Shown piece after piece: positions 8,253-23,200 of a DNA stretch of 64,000 nucleotides. The DNA lies in IMG/VR virus record IMGVR_UViG_3300031963_000004, positions 124,001 to 188,000 of that record; one strand, given 5' to 3'. The position numbers and the translations under genes are program-made. The notes beneath the pieces were generated by a model, which made no database searches, was not told where the DNA came from, and saw only the letters and a list, made by a program, of their open reading frames with translations. Numbering within the stretch: the first letter of the stretch is position 1; each line of letters starts with the position of its first letter.

Positions 8253-11200
8253 TTATTTTGTACCCTGTTGCAGGAACTTAGCTGGGGCAGAATCGCTTAT
8301 TTGTAATGGATCTCCTGCTGTGTCGTTATAAATTTCACTATTCCAGCTTCTATTATAATAGAAATTAAACAACGTGTTACTTGGAGTAATTCCCACCACC
8401 GAAGAATATTTTAGGTGCATCTTGTTTATAGCAGTGCCCTGAATACCTCGTTTTAAGTTGCTTATGGTATTGTTTTGATAGTCAACTTTTGAGTATCTTA
8501 TCTTTTCTCCGTTAACGTTTATAGTGTCACCTAATCTCATAACAACATTGATTTGATCGCCCTCAGAAACTCCGTTTCTAAAGACAAGATAAGCTACACT
8601 ATTATTTGTTAATAGAGTAAAATCACTAGAATTTAATTTAGAAAGAGTGGTTTCATTATAAACTTCGGTTTCTTTGATTGTTTCTAGGTCATATATAATT
8701 CTGACCAATAATCTGTCACTATCGGCTACTACAATATATGTATCTTCTACAATATCAATTAGCTTAGAAACGTCTTTTACATGAATAACGTCTTGTAGTG
8801 GTTCTAAGTTTTCTGTCAACCAGGTTCTATTACTAGAATTTGCTCTGTAAATAAATTGATCTCCGTTTTTATCAACTTCATTCACATAAATCATTTCATT
8901 TGGTGTTGCGCTGGATACCATACTTGTAATCATTATAACGTCATCTGGTTTAATATCAGCCAAAATGCTTAAATAATTACCGTCATTTAATCTAAGTCCG
9001 TCGCTGCCCAATCTTATTCCATTAACTGAAACGTTTAATCTAGTTTTATCACTAATATCGATGGTTTGAGGTATTACATGTGTATCTTCATACTTCCACA
9101 CGAATCCACCTCCGACATATTCTGACAAGAACCTACTAGTAACTGGTCTACTTAAAGAATCATTAAACCACAATGTGATTGGGTACACATCTTTAGTGTA
9201 AGACGTTTCCGTACCTTCATCATCGTATTCAGTAAATGTTTCACTAAATTTCGTTTCTAACTTCATGTAATACGTATTATTGTTTAATTGGTTAGTACCA
9301 GAAATACCATCTATCTGAATTAAATCACCTGTAGTTAATCCAGGATCTTCGTCTGTTTCTGTTGTTATATACAAATATACCACATCCTTGTCAATCGCAA
9401 CAGCTAATAACGGAGTAACTCTCAATGTAGAAATGCTTTCTTGTAAGAAATACTGCTCTCTAGTGTCATTAAATGTAGTGATACTTATTATATCGCCCTC
9501 GTTCAACGTTGGGATAATTGCCAAAGTAGACACAGGTCCTATTGTAATAGTGTAGTCAGTGATGGGTAGTTCTAATCCATTGACTCTAACAATCCTAGGA
9601 ATATAATCATTTTCATTTTCTATTAATTGATAATCTAACGCTAGACCAGTTTGACCTGTACTGTCAAATTCAAAAACTTGTGTTTCTGGCAATGAATAAC
9701 CATAATTTTGTACCGTGCTACCAAATAATACAAAACTTATGAAATTAACGGTTGTATCATAAACTCTATCAAATAACAGCTTTGTTCTGCCGTTATCAGT
9801 AGAAGCTATTACATAATCATTAGTAAATGTTTTCTTTTCTCCGTTTATGTAAACTGCAGGATCAGCAGTCAATAATTCTTCATATTTTATATTGAATACG
9901 ATTTGGCTATGTCCTGTGGATTCATCTATAGTAACTGGTATATCATCTGACGTTGCTCTTACTAATTGATTACCATTACCGAATTCATAAACTTCAACTA
10001 AAATAATTTCTGTTTCTCTAATCTCTTTGTTTAGTGTGATTTTCTTTTGAATCCAATCAACTGAATATGTGTATTCATTATTGTCAGTTGGTGTAACGTT
10101 TGGATGAATCATTTTACTAAGGTTAGATAACGGATCCATTATAGATAATGCTAATTGTGCTGGTGCTTGTGAGAAATTAGAGAAATCAATTTCTACACCA
10201 TTAGGGGATACTTTGTTACCTATAACTTTATATCCATTATGTTGATATACTTCAGGATTCCATGTACTGCCTGATCTTGTAATTACTGTCATTGAGAATT
10301 GATCAGTAATAGCTCCTGGAACCATTTCTTCAGGACCATATCCAGAAGTGAAAGGATCACCTTTAACTTCATAGAATGTATTTGCACCGCCTATTGCAGA
10401 TACATTTTGCCATACTAATCCTTCCCAACTGCGTAGAATTGTAGCATTGTTACCTACTGCTAAGAAATGTTGTCCATCGTGTGTAACACTATTAAGATTC
10501 TGATTCGTTCCTGAGGTAATCTTAGACCATGACATACCATCATAACTAACTAAGATTAATCCATTCTGTCCTACAAACACAAACGTATTAGCAGCATAAC
10601 AACCAGCTAAAATGTTATCTGTTATAGTATCACCTTCTATTGTTCCTGCAAATATATTCTGCATGTTCGTAGAATACAATACTGTTCCGTTATCGCCACC
10701 TAAAACAATCATTTCAGGTCCACCTACTACTGTGTTCAATCCATTATTAGTTGGGTGTGGATATATTGGTGTCCATGCTCTACCATTTTCACTTAATAAT
10801 ACTCTGCCAATAGTTGTTACTTGCGCTGATACTTCTTCAGTTGGATCTTCAATAACATCTAATCCATATCCAACTGCAATAAAGCCAGCATAGAATTCAC
10901 TGTTAATGTAGTCGATATAATTTGCTCTTGCTTCTGTTCTACTTTGGAAGCTATAAACGCTGTCCCAAGCATATGCGTCTGTACTTGCTACAAGTTGATC
11001 ACCTGCTGCCACATAAAAATCATTATGGCTAGCTACATTATAAAGCCCGCCGCTGGGAGCAGTTAATGATGAGCTATCCCATGCTTCACCGGGCTCGTCA
11101 AAGTCAACTTTATCATAAGGTGTGTAACTACCTAAACCTAACCATGACAACCCGTCGTAACTTATAAAGACAGGATTGCTAGGCTTTCTAGTTGTTAATA

Positions 11201-14200
11201 CATAATGTGTTCCAGAATGTATCACGTCGGAAACTTCTAGTACATCAGCACTTATTCTCTTAATTTGCCAAGTAATACCTTCATCGTAACTCAACAATAT
11301 CATAGAATAATCTCTACCGTCTGCTACAGCAAGATACTTTTCATTATCCCATAATACGGATCTAATCTTTATATCTTTTGGATAGAATGGTTGATCTTTT
11401 AGTTGTGTATCTAAAGTATAATTTTCATCAAACTTATTTGAATAATATGTATTATTAGGGTAATCGACACCTGTTAATAATAATGGTAAGTTTTTACCTG
11501 GCATGTTAGTAGTGGGCTGATAAAAACCCACGATTCTGTCTAATGCATTTAATTCTTCTTTGTTACTATCTAAAACTTGCCATTTGTCAAAATCAAACTC
11601 TGTGTCATTGTTACTAACCAAGCACTTGTACAGTCTGTTGTTTAAGCTTACTATACTACTTGTAGTACGTGAGTATCCTGAAGTTAATTGAACAGGCTCA
11701 GGTAAGTACATATAGCTGTTATTATCAAATGGGAACGGGTTATCTTCTAATCTGACGTAACCTGCAGGATTAAACTCATTTAAATAAACAAATGCAGAGG
11801 CGTTTATAAAGATGTTGCCATTTGCTGTAGCTGTAAATGGTTCAGTACCTGCTAATTCATTTGCGGTGTCGGCTCCGATTACGGTCCAGTCTATTAATCC
11901 AACTGTTTTTACATAATAACTCTTATCTTTTACGATACTTCTTGCACTGACAGTTGTTGGCTCAACATCAGCTATTGCTCTATAGTATTTTCCATTAGCT
12001 AAAACAATGTCACCACGTTTGTAACTCTTGTTGCCTTTCCAAACTTGACTAGCAATTACAGGTCTAACCATTGGGGCATCATGATAAACTTTTAGCTGAG
12101 TTTGATTTATAGGTTTCACATAGTATTGCTTAAAGGCACCTACTGCCAACCCAGACAATTCATATAATTCCATTTTGTTAGCCTGTGTATAGACTACCTT
12201 AATTGTTGCATCATTTGCTCCGCTAACACCACCTAAATAAACACCGTCTACAGTAATTTTATCACCTACATTGTAGATTGTGCCTTTGTTAAACACTTCT
12301 ACAAAATACTCATTGTATACTTTGTTGAAAACAAAGTTAGGTCTGTAGAATTTGATTAGAGCATGGCCCTCTTCTATTGCTTTGCCTGGAGTAGATCCAA
12401 AATTAGATGGTGATAAATCTTCAATCCAAATTCTGTTTCCTACCTGATAAATAATTCCCTCGGTCTGAGCAATTAAATCCCATCTCGTATCTCCTAACTC
12501 GGCAATCACATACCATTTGTCGTACTCTAAGTTATTAGGTGCTAAAAATGCTGTGACAACTCCGGTGCCCATCCCTCTTACTACAGGCTTGATTGAATCT
12601 CCTACGTTATATGTTAAGCCTGTTGTCCCTGCCATAAAGTTCCAATTAGTATCGCCTAAAGATAAAATTTTGTATTGGTTACCTATAATTATATCTTTAA
12701 CTTTAACATGCTGAGGGTACATGTATGTAGGTGGAACTACGTAGAAATACAAAGGTAGACCTTTTAATTGTCCTGGTGATAAACTAGAACCGGTATAATC
12801 AATTGATACTGCAACTTCATTTGTGCCTTCTTCAAGTGTTACTTCTTGTATATCAAACACACGATGCTGTACACTTGATAGTGTTGAACCTGAAGCTGAT
12901 ATTGAGGAAGTACTTGACTCATCTCCTGAGGGAGAGAATTCGCTAGCATAAAATTCACCTGATTTCCATTCCGTAACTTTACTTACGTAGCTTGTTCTGT
13001 CAAACTTAAGTTTAGTAGAAATCTCTCTGGTTGGTGTGTTACTTGCAACTGCAACTGCTCTAGCTGTTAACTCTAGTTTATTATCAGTAGAAGAACCAGT
13101 GTCTATTAAGTCAATTCTATGGTTGTCTAGCTGTGCATTAACTGCTGTGCTATATAAAGCGATTATAGATTTAGCTCCAAACACTTCATCTTTCCAAAGT
13201 ACTCTTACGTGATAATATTTTTTATTTGCAAGACCCTTAATTGGGTTACCTTCACCATGCACGAATCTTACTACGTCGCCTGTGTTTAAATCCACACTAT
13301 CAATATTAATTGAGTTAACTAAAAAGTTTACAACAGAACTATTGAACTTAAATGTTTTTGAAGCTTGGATAATTATTTCAGGTGTTGCTGCGTAACCAGC
13401 ACCTGAATCTACAACTTTCACACCTACTACTTTATCGTCTGCCATAATAGGTTCAAGAACCGCTTCACGTAATGGAGCAGGATATCTAGTTGTGTCAATA
13501 TATGCTATAACAGTCGGTACATCAATGTAGTTTCTACCTGTATTAAGGACTACGACCTCAGGCAAATCTATAATAACTTTGCTATTTGGATTATGATCAG
13601 ACGCCACACTGCCTCGTAAACCCCTGCTTACGAATGTGAGTTTTCCTGCATCTCTATCAACACCTGCGTAGCCAATATATTCATTATTAATTTTGACTAC
13701 TCCGTTTACTGGTAATCCATAAGCATTATCAATATAAATTGTTTCACTAACAGGAGTAATATACTTTGTCAATGAACCTATTGTTACAGACTTTTGTCCA
13801 GTTAAAGATAATCCATAATTATCTAACCAATCAAAATAAATTGATCTGTTCCATATTGCGTCAGTTGGTCCAAATTCTCCTACTGCTGTTACAGGGAAGA
13901 AAGTTAGATTAGGAGTAATAAATTTACCTAAATTAAAATCATATTGCGCCGGTAAATCAAAATCTGTAAGTTGACCATCATATGTATCATTTACTGTATA
14001 CTTTATTGCAAACTCTTTCATAACAACATGATAAGGCTTAATCTCTTTGAGATATCCTTGCAAGAAATCTTGATTATCTGAACGATAATTCAAGTCGGCT
14101 TTCAACTCACGTAGTGTATTAGTTACATCTACTAAACTTGTTTTGTTTAACCATGTTAGGTAACAATTTGTTGATGTAGCTTCACTTATAATGTACTCAA

Positions 14201-17200
14201 ATAGGGTAATTAAACTCTTATTTCTATGAATCAACAATTCGTTTGTAAATATTTCTTCAGTCACGGACCTTACAATATATCTTGTTTCTGTGTGAGGGAA
14301 AACGTCAAAACTATCTGTATCATAGAATGTATTTCCGAATCCCAATCCAAGTATCTCATAGTTCCATAATGATTCTTTTATTTGAATGGTGCCCTGCTCA
14401 AGACCAACTCGTACCCAATCACCATTAGTATAAAGATATACCTCACGTTTGCCATCACTGTTGGTTGTTACACCAGCTAACATGTTTTCAAATGGATTCA
14501 ATGTGGCTAAATCATAATACTTTAACACTTCAACATCAGGCTTTGTATTATTATTGTAGCCGTCTGCCCACCAATATACATGCTCCCAATAATCAGGTGT
14601 GTTGAAAAACTCTCCGCTAGTTGTTAAAAAGCCCGGAGCTCCTTTTGGTACTGACTCTTTGTTAGATTCTCCGATAAAGCTTGGTGTTAAAATTTCTGAT
14701 ATAGGATGCTTGATTAAAACACTGTTTACATACTTGCAGTAATTCTCAAGTGCCTTTAATCTATTACTAAAGAAACTTTGTCTTGGTCTTACTTTAATTC
14801 CTTGCTGTAATAGCTTTGGAAGATGTATGTCAGGGACTAAATTACCTCTCTCGTCTATACCAGATAAGCTATCAAGTAGTTTATCATATAAACTCTCTGG
14901 CATTTCAAATGCAGTATACGCACTAGGTACTCCTGGTAAGAAATCATTAGGATTACCATCTTTGATTAATTTAAATTCATTATAAGAATCATCTTTTTTG
15001 ATTTTATCTGTGAATCCAATATGCAATCCCGTAGACTTACCTTTAATAGAATCTATAGCATTAAATAACCCATACACATTGTTTTGTAGTGCGGCAAAAT
15101 AACCTATACCTGAACTTTGTGGATCAGTAATATATTGTTCTAATATTGAATCAGGTAATGTTTTATCGCTACTCAAAATATTTGTACTACGTACCCAATA
15201 ATAATATTTGTTTGTCAATGCACCCGAGTTGTCAACATTATACAATGAAGTATAATATTCTATATTATATGGGGTACCTGGTCCTTGATAATTTACAGGC
15301 AACACATTGCTTTCTATCCACGTGTAAATTGTGACTGTACTGCCAGGGAATATTTTACCCCAGTTCTGTGCATTATAAAGTACATCTTCTTGATGGTAAT
15401 TTAAAAACTTTGTTGTCGAAGTGTCAAACCATATTTTACCTACAAATGCATCTCCCCAAACTAAATTACCAGTTGTTAATTGAGAGTTATATCCTGCAGG
15501 ATCTTGACTACTGATATAATCAATATTTTCAGTTACGATTCCTAACAATTTACCTTGTAGAGGGTCTATATAATCCAAAGACTCAATTCTTTCATTGTTT
15601 TCGGCATTGAATATTTGAATGTTTTGTAATCTATTAACATCAATAACATCATTAGATTTTCTAAGCACATGCCAGTTTCTTAAGTTTTGTTTGTTTTCAT
15701 AAAATACTATTCTACCATTATCAACACCTGGTTTATAATCAGGACATCCAATGATTAGATTATAATCTTTAAATTCAATAACCTTACCGTAATGCGGGTT
15801 AGCACCAATATCTAATGTTGTATCATTTGCAGCCTGTGAGTAAACAAATTTACCTAATTTGTCTGCGCTTTCATTATGATTAGCCAAATAGTCATAGATA
15901 TAAACTGAGCCGGCTGACCCCAATTCATCAACAAATTTCGTATAGTTGTTGTCAAATATAGTGTCATTAGTTGTGTCTAGATCATCTGTAAAATCGAACG
16001 TGGTTAATGATTTTCTTGTACTAGTTGGTGCTCCAACAGCAAAAGAATTATATTCATTAAACTTGATTGAGAAACCAAATTGTGATGCACCCTCTACGTT
16101 CTCAGGATCAGAGATTCTTTGACTTTCTTGATATTCAAGTATACCAATTTGTTGTAGTGTTGTAGAATTTAGTGCTTGAATTGTTAATTTTTCTTCTATA
16201 GGACCTAAGTTAGGGTCAACTAATCCTATAACAAGTTTATTATCTACTACTCTTGCATAAACATTAGTTATGTTAGCATCATTAATAGCATTTACTGCAC
16301 CTAGTAGATTAGTGGGTAATGTAACTTGATATCCGTTTATTAATATTTTACTTGAGCTAGCAAGTGAATAGTTATTAGTAGCCTGTATTATTCCGTATTT
16401 TTTACCATAGTTAGTATAGCGTACTACTAAGCCTTCTAAATTATTTTCACTTACAAAGAATGGTGCACCAACTAGTAATTCAGATCCATGTCTATTTGTG
16501 TCTAATGCATGACCAAAAGCGTTACCAGGACGAATTTCTGCTAGATTAGTTAATTGAAATTCTTGTGTCTTGAATAAATCAGGATATGATATTTCAATTA
16601 CGTCTCCCGCTTTAAGATCATACAAGAATTGTAGTCCAGCTACTGTAATTTGATATTTTGTATTTTCAATCAGCTTACCATTAACAAAAACATCTAGATA
16701 ATGATCTGTTGTTGGAGCCGAAACTGATAGATTATAATAAACCTCGGTATCCTCAACATAATCACGCTTAACATCAATCTTTTCAATAACTCTGTTTAAA
16801 ACAGCAGCCATACCCACGTTTACTATTTGATTGGGTGATGTACCATAATTCTTTAATGGCGCGCCGATAAACAATTTACTACCGTTGTAGTTTGTAGAAA
16901 GAGTAATCTTAGAAAAGTCCTGTAAGTCTCCGCCTAAGTTATAAGTTTTCACAAACTCATAGGTTTGAGCAGCAGTCTTTTTATATGTTCTTACAAAATT
17001 ACCTGATACTGTGTGAGAAGATGCATATAGCCAATTAGCATCACCCGATAATGCAATTGAATCTCCTACTCGCTGAGAATTAATTGTTATTGCAGGTTTT
17101 TCAACATAATTACCTGTTCGTGTTCGTTTAATTTGATATACATAAATTGTGCTATTTGTTCCTGGTTTAGTCACAATCATAGTATCCTGAGCGATAGCTA

Positions 17201-20200
17201 TTTGTGTACCGAATCCGGCTCCAATGGTCACGCCTAAAAATTTATCTATAACTTCATTGGCTCTGTATTTTGATTTTTCAAAATCATCTGGTTGATATCT
17301 ATAAATTTTACCTTGTGCTGCGTCGGATACAAAATATCCCAATTTAGAGTGATGCGCTATTGCTGATCCAAATGTTCCTGTACTATTTGGTTTTACAATG
17401 TCTTGCTTTATATAATTTATATTTTTTTGATAAACTGCCCAAGTACCATCGGTATCTTCATCTACCCAAACTTTTGCTTTACTAAAGCCACTGTTAATTA
17501 ACTGTAAATTGTTAATGCTGCTTGGGGTAGATACACGTTGATTTTGAAACTTAGCAACAATACCTTCACCTACAATACTTAACACATTGTTAGGCAAAGT
17601 AACTTCAATTACAATAGTATCTAAGGTTGTAACGTTTTTAACTTCATAGTAACCATCAACTCTATAATCAAATTTCAATAAAATGAAATGATTACCTAAA
17701 ACTAAGTTGTGTTGATTTTCAAACCTTAATGTGATTGTTCCGTCTAGATTATTGACAGCTTCAACTACTTTTACTGTAGAATTCTTTTCGCTAATTGAAA
17801 TTGCAGTGTTTACTAACCAGTCATCTTTTTCATCTGCAACCCAAATATAATCATCCATATTAACATCATTTGCTGTTATTGGATTATTTTTTAATGACGA
17901 TATACTGTATCCTGTAACTCTTACATCATCAAAATGCACATAGCCTGCCGATGGTAACTTCTCAATATAATTTGCTTTTATGACAGGTGCGATTTTGTTC
18001 TCACTGAATGGTCTTCCATAATTTATGACAGAATTTAAAGGTATTGACTGCATTACGTTAGGTATAATCATTTTGTCAACGATTCCAACGATTGCAGGAT
18101 TACCTGTTAATTTTGTCTCATCAAATATAAATTCTACAAAGTTTTCATTTTCAACGCCGCCAAATTCGCTAACTTTTAAAGCCCAGTTTTCGTAAACATC
18201 ATAGCTTATTTTACCGGTAGTAAGTGTGATATTTTGAACTGCATCTGCTATTAATCTTGTGCCTTTTTCAGAAATAATGTTCTTATAAACATTAACTTGT
18301 GAGATATCATCTAAGTTACTTGCATTTAAATAATCTCTTGGTCTATAACCAATTAAACCAAACGCTAATAAGTTGGCATCACTTTCTAAATTAGTATTTG
18401 TAGTGTCGTAATATAGTTCACTTTCCAAACTGCGATTACTTGCGTTAGGTAATAAACCTTTTTGAATTTTTTCGTAATCTGTTTTAATCCACTTGGTTTG
18501 ATTAAAGGTTGCTTCGGCAGCTATTCTATCCGCTGCCATCCAATAACTGTTTTTATAGTAAACTATTTCACCCTTAATATATCTCTGATTAGATTGCCAA
18601 TCTTTAATGTTATCTTGATTTAATATAAATCCGTAGGTATCAAGCGTGCCTTTCCACTCAGCAGTTTTTGTACCCTTCATTAATATTCTATGCTGTCTCA
18701 ATCCTGTTATTGGATTATAGATAGTATCATTAAACTGAGTATAATTATCAAACACGATTCCATGCTCAATGGTACTCATATTAGCAGTGAAATAGGATAC
18801 AGAATCTCCTGTATTAAGAGTTTGTAATGTAAATTCTGTGCCTTTTCTAGATATAACTAAATCTTTAAGTTGTATAGGAACAAGGTTTTGATTCAGTGCA
18901 TAGTTTTGTTGGAATAGTGTAAGTGGTTGAACTATAGCATTTTCTTTATCAATGACTAAACCATTTGCACTTGGGTTGATATTAATTGTACTGCCTGCTT
19001 CCCATCCAGTTAAATTCCAATATATTAATTCGGCAATCATTTGCTGCCAATTAATTTCTATACCTTCTTCAATGTTCGTAAACTTCATACCCTGATCTTC
19101 AAGGTATCTGCCATAGTTAATAATAAATTCTGATAATGCTTCTAATGAAACGAACTCACTTCCATAAGGAACAATTATTTCATTTTTATAAAAGTTTTCC
19201 GAAACATATATTGTTGTTTCAAGTACAGTTATATTCTTATATCTACCATTGTAATTAGGCGTGTATTGTACGAAGTAAGACTTGTTTTGGCTATTACCGT
19301 ATACTTTGAATCCTTTATTAGTCTTTTGAACAATCACGCTACTATAAATTACTCTGTCATACGGTTCATTTTCGTATAACATCAAAGCAAAGCTACCATC
19401 TGGTATTAATAATGAATTGCTTTTTGAGCCAGCAGAACTTTTTTCTAAGTAAAATTTTAGTAAATCTTTATCACTAAAACCAGCCATGCGATATACTAAT
19501 CTAACATCTAAATTATTTAAAAGCTCTTTAAATGTTGCGTTTCCGTTTAGACCAAAGCTTTGAACATAATCTACAATCCAATTTATATATCCATGCTGTG
19601 CTTTTCCAGAACCATAATCTACGAAACTCGTTGTTATTCTGCTTCTGTCGTTAATTAACCACTGATTAAATTCAGCATTTTTATTGTATGCATCTAAATT
19701 TTGGGTTAGAGCAAAAAATTTAGCTGGTCTAGCTATGGCTAATATTTTAATTAAATCAAATGGATAGGTACTGCTTTTACAATATGAAAATTCTTGCGGA
19801 CCATAATCACCTGCATTCCAACCTCTGTCATATGTAGGTTGGTCTGTTCCAATAGTTAGAAAATCTAATGGATTTCTTAAATTACCTCTACTATCAACTG
19901 GAATGATTTTACTTAAACCTGGTCTCTTTCTTGTTGGTATAGTATAACTGTCACCGTCATTGTAGACGACTCCATTTTCTAAATCTTCCCATAAAATCTT
20001 GTTATCGTATGTATATGGTGCTGCACCATATCGTTCGTCCCACCATGATGGTTTTGAAACGAAGCCTAACATTTCCCATGGGGATTTGTGCGGAGTTGTA
20101 GTATCATATAGATGTAGATATATACCTCTCCAATTTCCTTGCTTAAACCCTTCACCGTCTAATTTGAACTTACACTGATCAAAATTATAGGTAAATTGAT

Positions 20201-23200
20201 TGTCTGGCAAGAAATATTGAGTTTTATAATCCACTCTGTGTTGACCTATCCAGTTTAAGAAATATGTCGTATATAAATTTTTTGTAAATTCATATGTAAA
20301 ATCAGTTTTTCTAAAATAACCGGATAGAACATCATCGTTGGATACAAAAGTGTTTACATTTAACTTAACATTATTATAAACTCTGCATTCAAATTCAAAT
20401 AATACTCTGTCTCTAAAATCTAATAAAGTACCTTCTTTTGATACTTTACCATATATTCTAGTATATGAGCCATCATGACCTTGTATGAAGTATGCAGGGA
20501 AAACGTATGTATCATCGTAAACCACTTTTGGTTCGAATAAAGGATATAAACCTAACTTGGTTGGAGTATTTGGTACGAAGCTACCATAAGTTTGATTATA
20601 CTCTTTTATTGTAATCTTATCACCAGGTTCTAAATCTAATGTAATAATAACTTTTGGTTCGTCTTGGCTAATTGTATAATCACGATTTCTTAATAGCTGC
20701 GTTATTCGTGTCTCACTCTCTGTTTCTTTAGTTAGGTATATCAAAATTCCATCATAGCTTGCTTTACTAAAATCGTAAATCTTGCTTAATGGAAAGAAAC
20801 TTGTATCTATAAATGCGTTGAATGCGTAGGTATTTGCAGCGAAAGGTGCTCTGCTAGGTATCATGTCACTCCAAAAGAATGAAGTGTTTTGATCCTTATA
20901 GCTTGCGATTTGTTGTAGTGCTAAATCTAATAAATCAGATGCACTCTCTCCGCTATATTCTACTGTTTCAATAATACTTGTAATTAATAATTTAAAATTA
21001 ACATATTCATTTGCACTATAAGTTAATGAATCAAATAAATTAAAATTTTTGTTTCTTAGACATGCCGCAGCATAAATTAATGGGGCACTGTTTTGAATAA
21101 TTTTATCACCATACGTGATTAAATTACCCGCATCTCTGTAATTGTTTGATCCAAAAACTTGTCCTGTCAGTTGTTGACTATTAACAAAAATAGTTTGATA
21201 GTGATTTCTTATATCACCTAAACTTAATGACGCTATCGGTGTGTTAAATGGGTTGCTGCTTAAGTTAATAGGGATAGTATAGTATGCCCCCTCACCCAAT
21301 GGTCCCTCACTGTGTATAAGTACCTCAACAGGGGACTCAGTTACAGGAGGATTTAGTAGTGTAACAATTGTTTCTTTATCAGTTTTAGTAACTGTGTACT
21401 GATCACTGGTTAATATATTTTCATTTACACTGACCTTAATGACTGGCCATGGGCTATCGTTCTGATCTATAGCGACTGCATTACATGTAAATGAATTTTG
21501 TCTTAGTATAGGATTATATGTAAAATTATATGCTTGATACTGAAAGCTTTCACCAACTGTTTTTACCCAACCCAATTCTCTCGTAAATTCATATCTATCC
21601 GTATAGCGATGAGGATAACCTATGCTAACTTTTTCTGTTACAGGTCCTGTCATTAAAGAATATTTGAATACATCTTCATTCAATGATATTCTAAAACTGA
21701 TATCTCCAATATTGGCTACTGAACTGTATGCTAATGGAAACCCTAATACTGGGTCATTTTCGCCCACACCAGGTTTAAATTCAAACAACGTGCAACCTAT
21801 AAAATTACTGCCTGGATAAAAATCTTTATCGGCTAAACTTATATTGTTTTTATCAAAAATATCAAATAATGGTGGTTGATTTACATATGTTTTTTGTTGT
21901 GCTTGATTCCAATATCCTTTATCAAAATAAAAACTCTTTCCACTGTTTGCTGTCCCAAAGTTAACATAAACTTGATCTAGGTCTTGTATGTCGCCATCTG
22001 CTGCCTTTGTAAGAACAATGGTTGGTTCTTGTGTTTCGTTTATTGATGCAAAGTTAATAATGAAAATTTTATTTCTTACATTTGGATCACTGTCGTTTGC
22101 AAAAATAACTCTACTACCTTGAATAGCTTTATACTGATTCCCATCAGGATAATATTCTGTTCTGCCAACTACCCCTATAGTTGGATTACTATTCATTACG
22201 TCAGTTGTAGTATTATCGATAAAGTCTACGTAGCCCTTACCAATGGTTCCTGAATCAAATAATTTTAGCTCAGGATAAAATTCTAAGATAGGTCTATTTG
22301 CTCTGTTTTCTCTATTATTAAGTGCGGCTAAAACTACATCACCCGAAGTGTATTCTGCTGTTGCCTTAAGAACATCTATATGAAACCAACGATTGCTGCG
22401 ACTCCATGCATTTTTATTGATTGCGCTACGATTAATTGTAATATAATCTTTTTGTGCTGGCATTGAAGTTCTGCCACCGTATCTTAGTGTATCGAATCCT
22501 TCATTATCATAGATTGTGTAAATTAGTTGCCCAAATGGTTCTACAATATTTAAATCTTCTGCTTTAATTAATTTTATACTTGTCCCTACTCCTTCAACAT
22601 AATAACTACCTGTTTTATATGGAGCTGGAATAATATTACCAACAAATTTAACTTTTAACCCGTTTGTAAATTGTACACCATTAGGACCTGTATAATTTTT
22701 CTTCCCTAATACATCAGTTTCAATATTAATAGCATTGTTAACTTTGGCATCTAGTAATTTAATTGTTCCTACTTTATTAGGTGTGCTTTCATCTTGATAA
22801 TACAGAGTATCTAATGGGGCAGTTATAATAGGTATTTTTGCTATTTCACCTACAGGCAATCTGACAAACTCTTGACTAACGTATTTTCTCCCGTTCGTTG
22901 CTATAATCTTTTCTGCTATAGGAAGTTCACCATCTTCATCTACGCTTATTATAAAATCATTGTCTAGTTGTAAAAATCTAATTTTATAATAATTATTATT
23001 TGGAATAGTTTTTGGAGCATCATCAAACTCTTTTTCTTCTAGTGAATAGAGATCGTACGGAGTCGGTAGTTCAACTGATTGACCTGGTTTGTAATTTAAA
23101 AATATAACTCTTTTTTCACGGATTTGATTAATACCGTCAATTAATCCCTTAGGATACTTAGATAAAACTTCACTTAACTTTTTACCATGTAATTCACTTA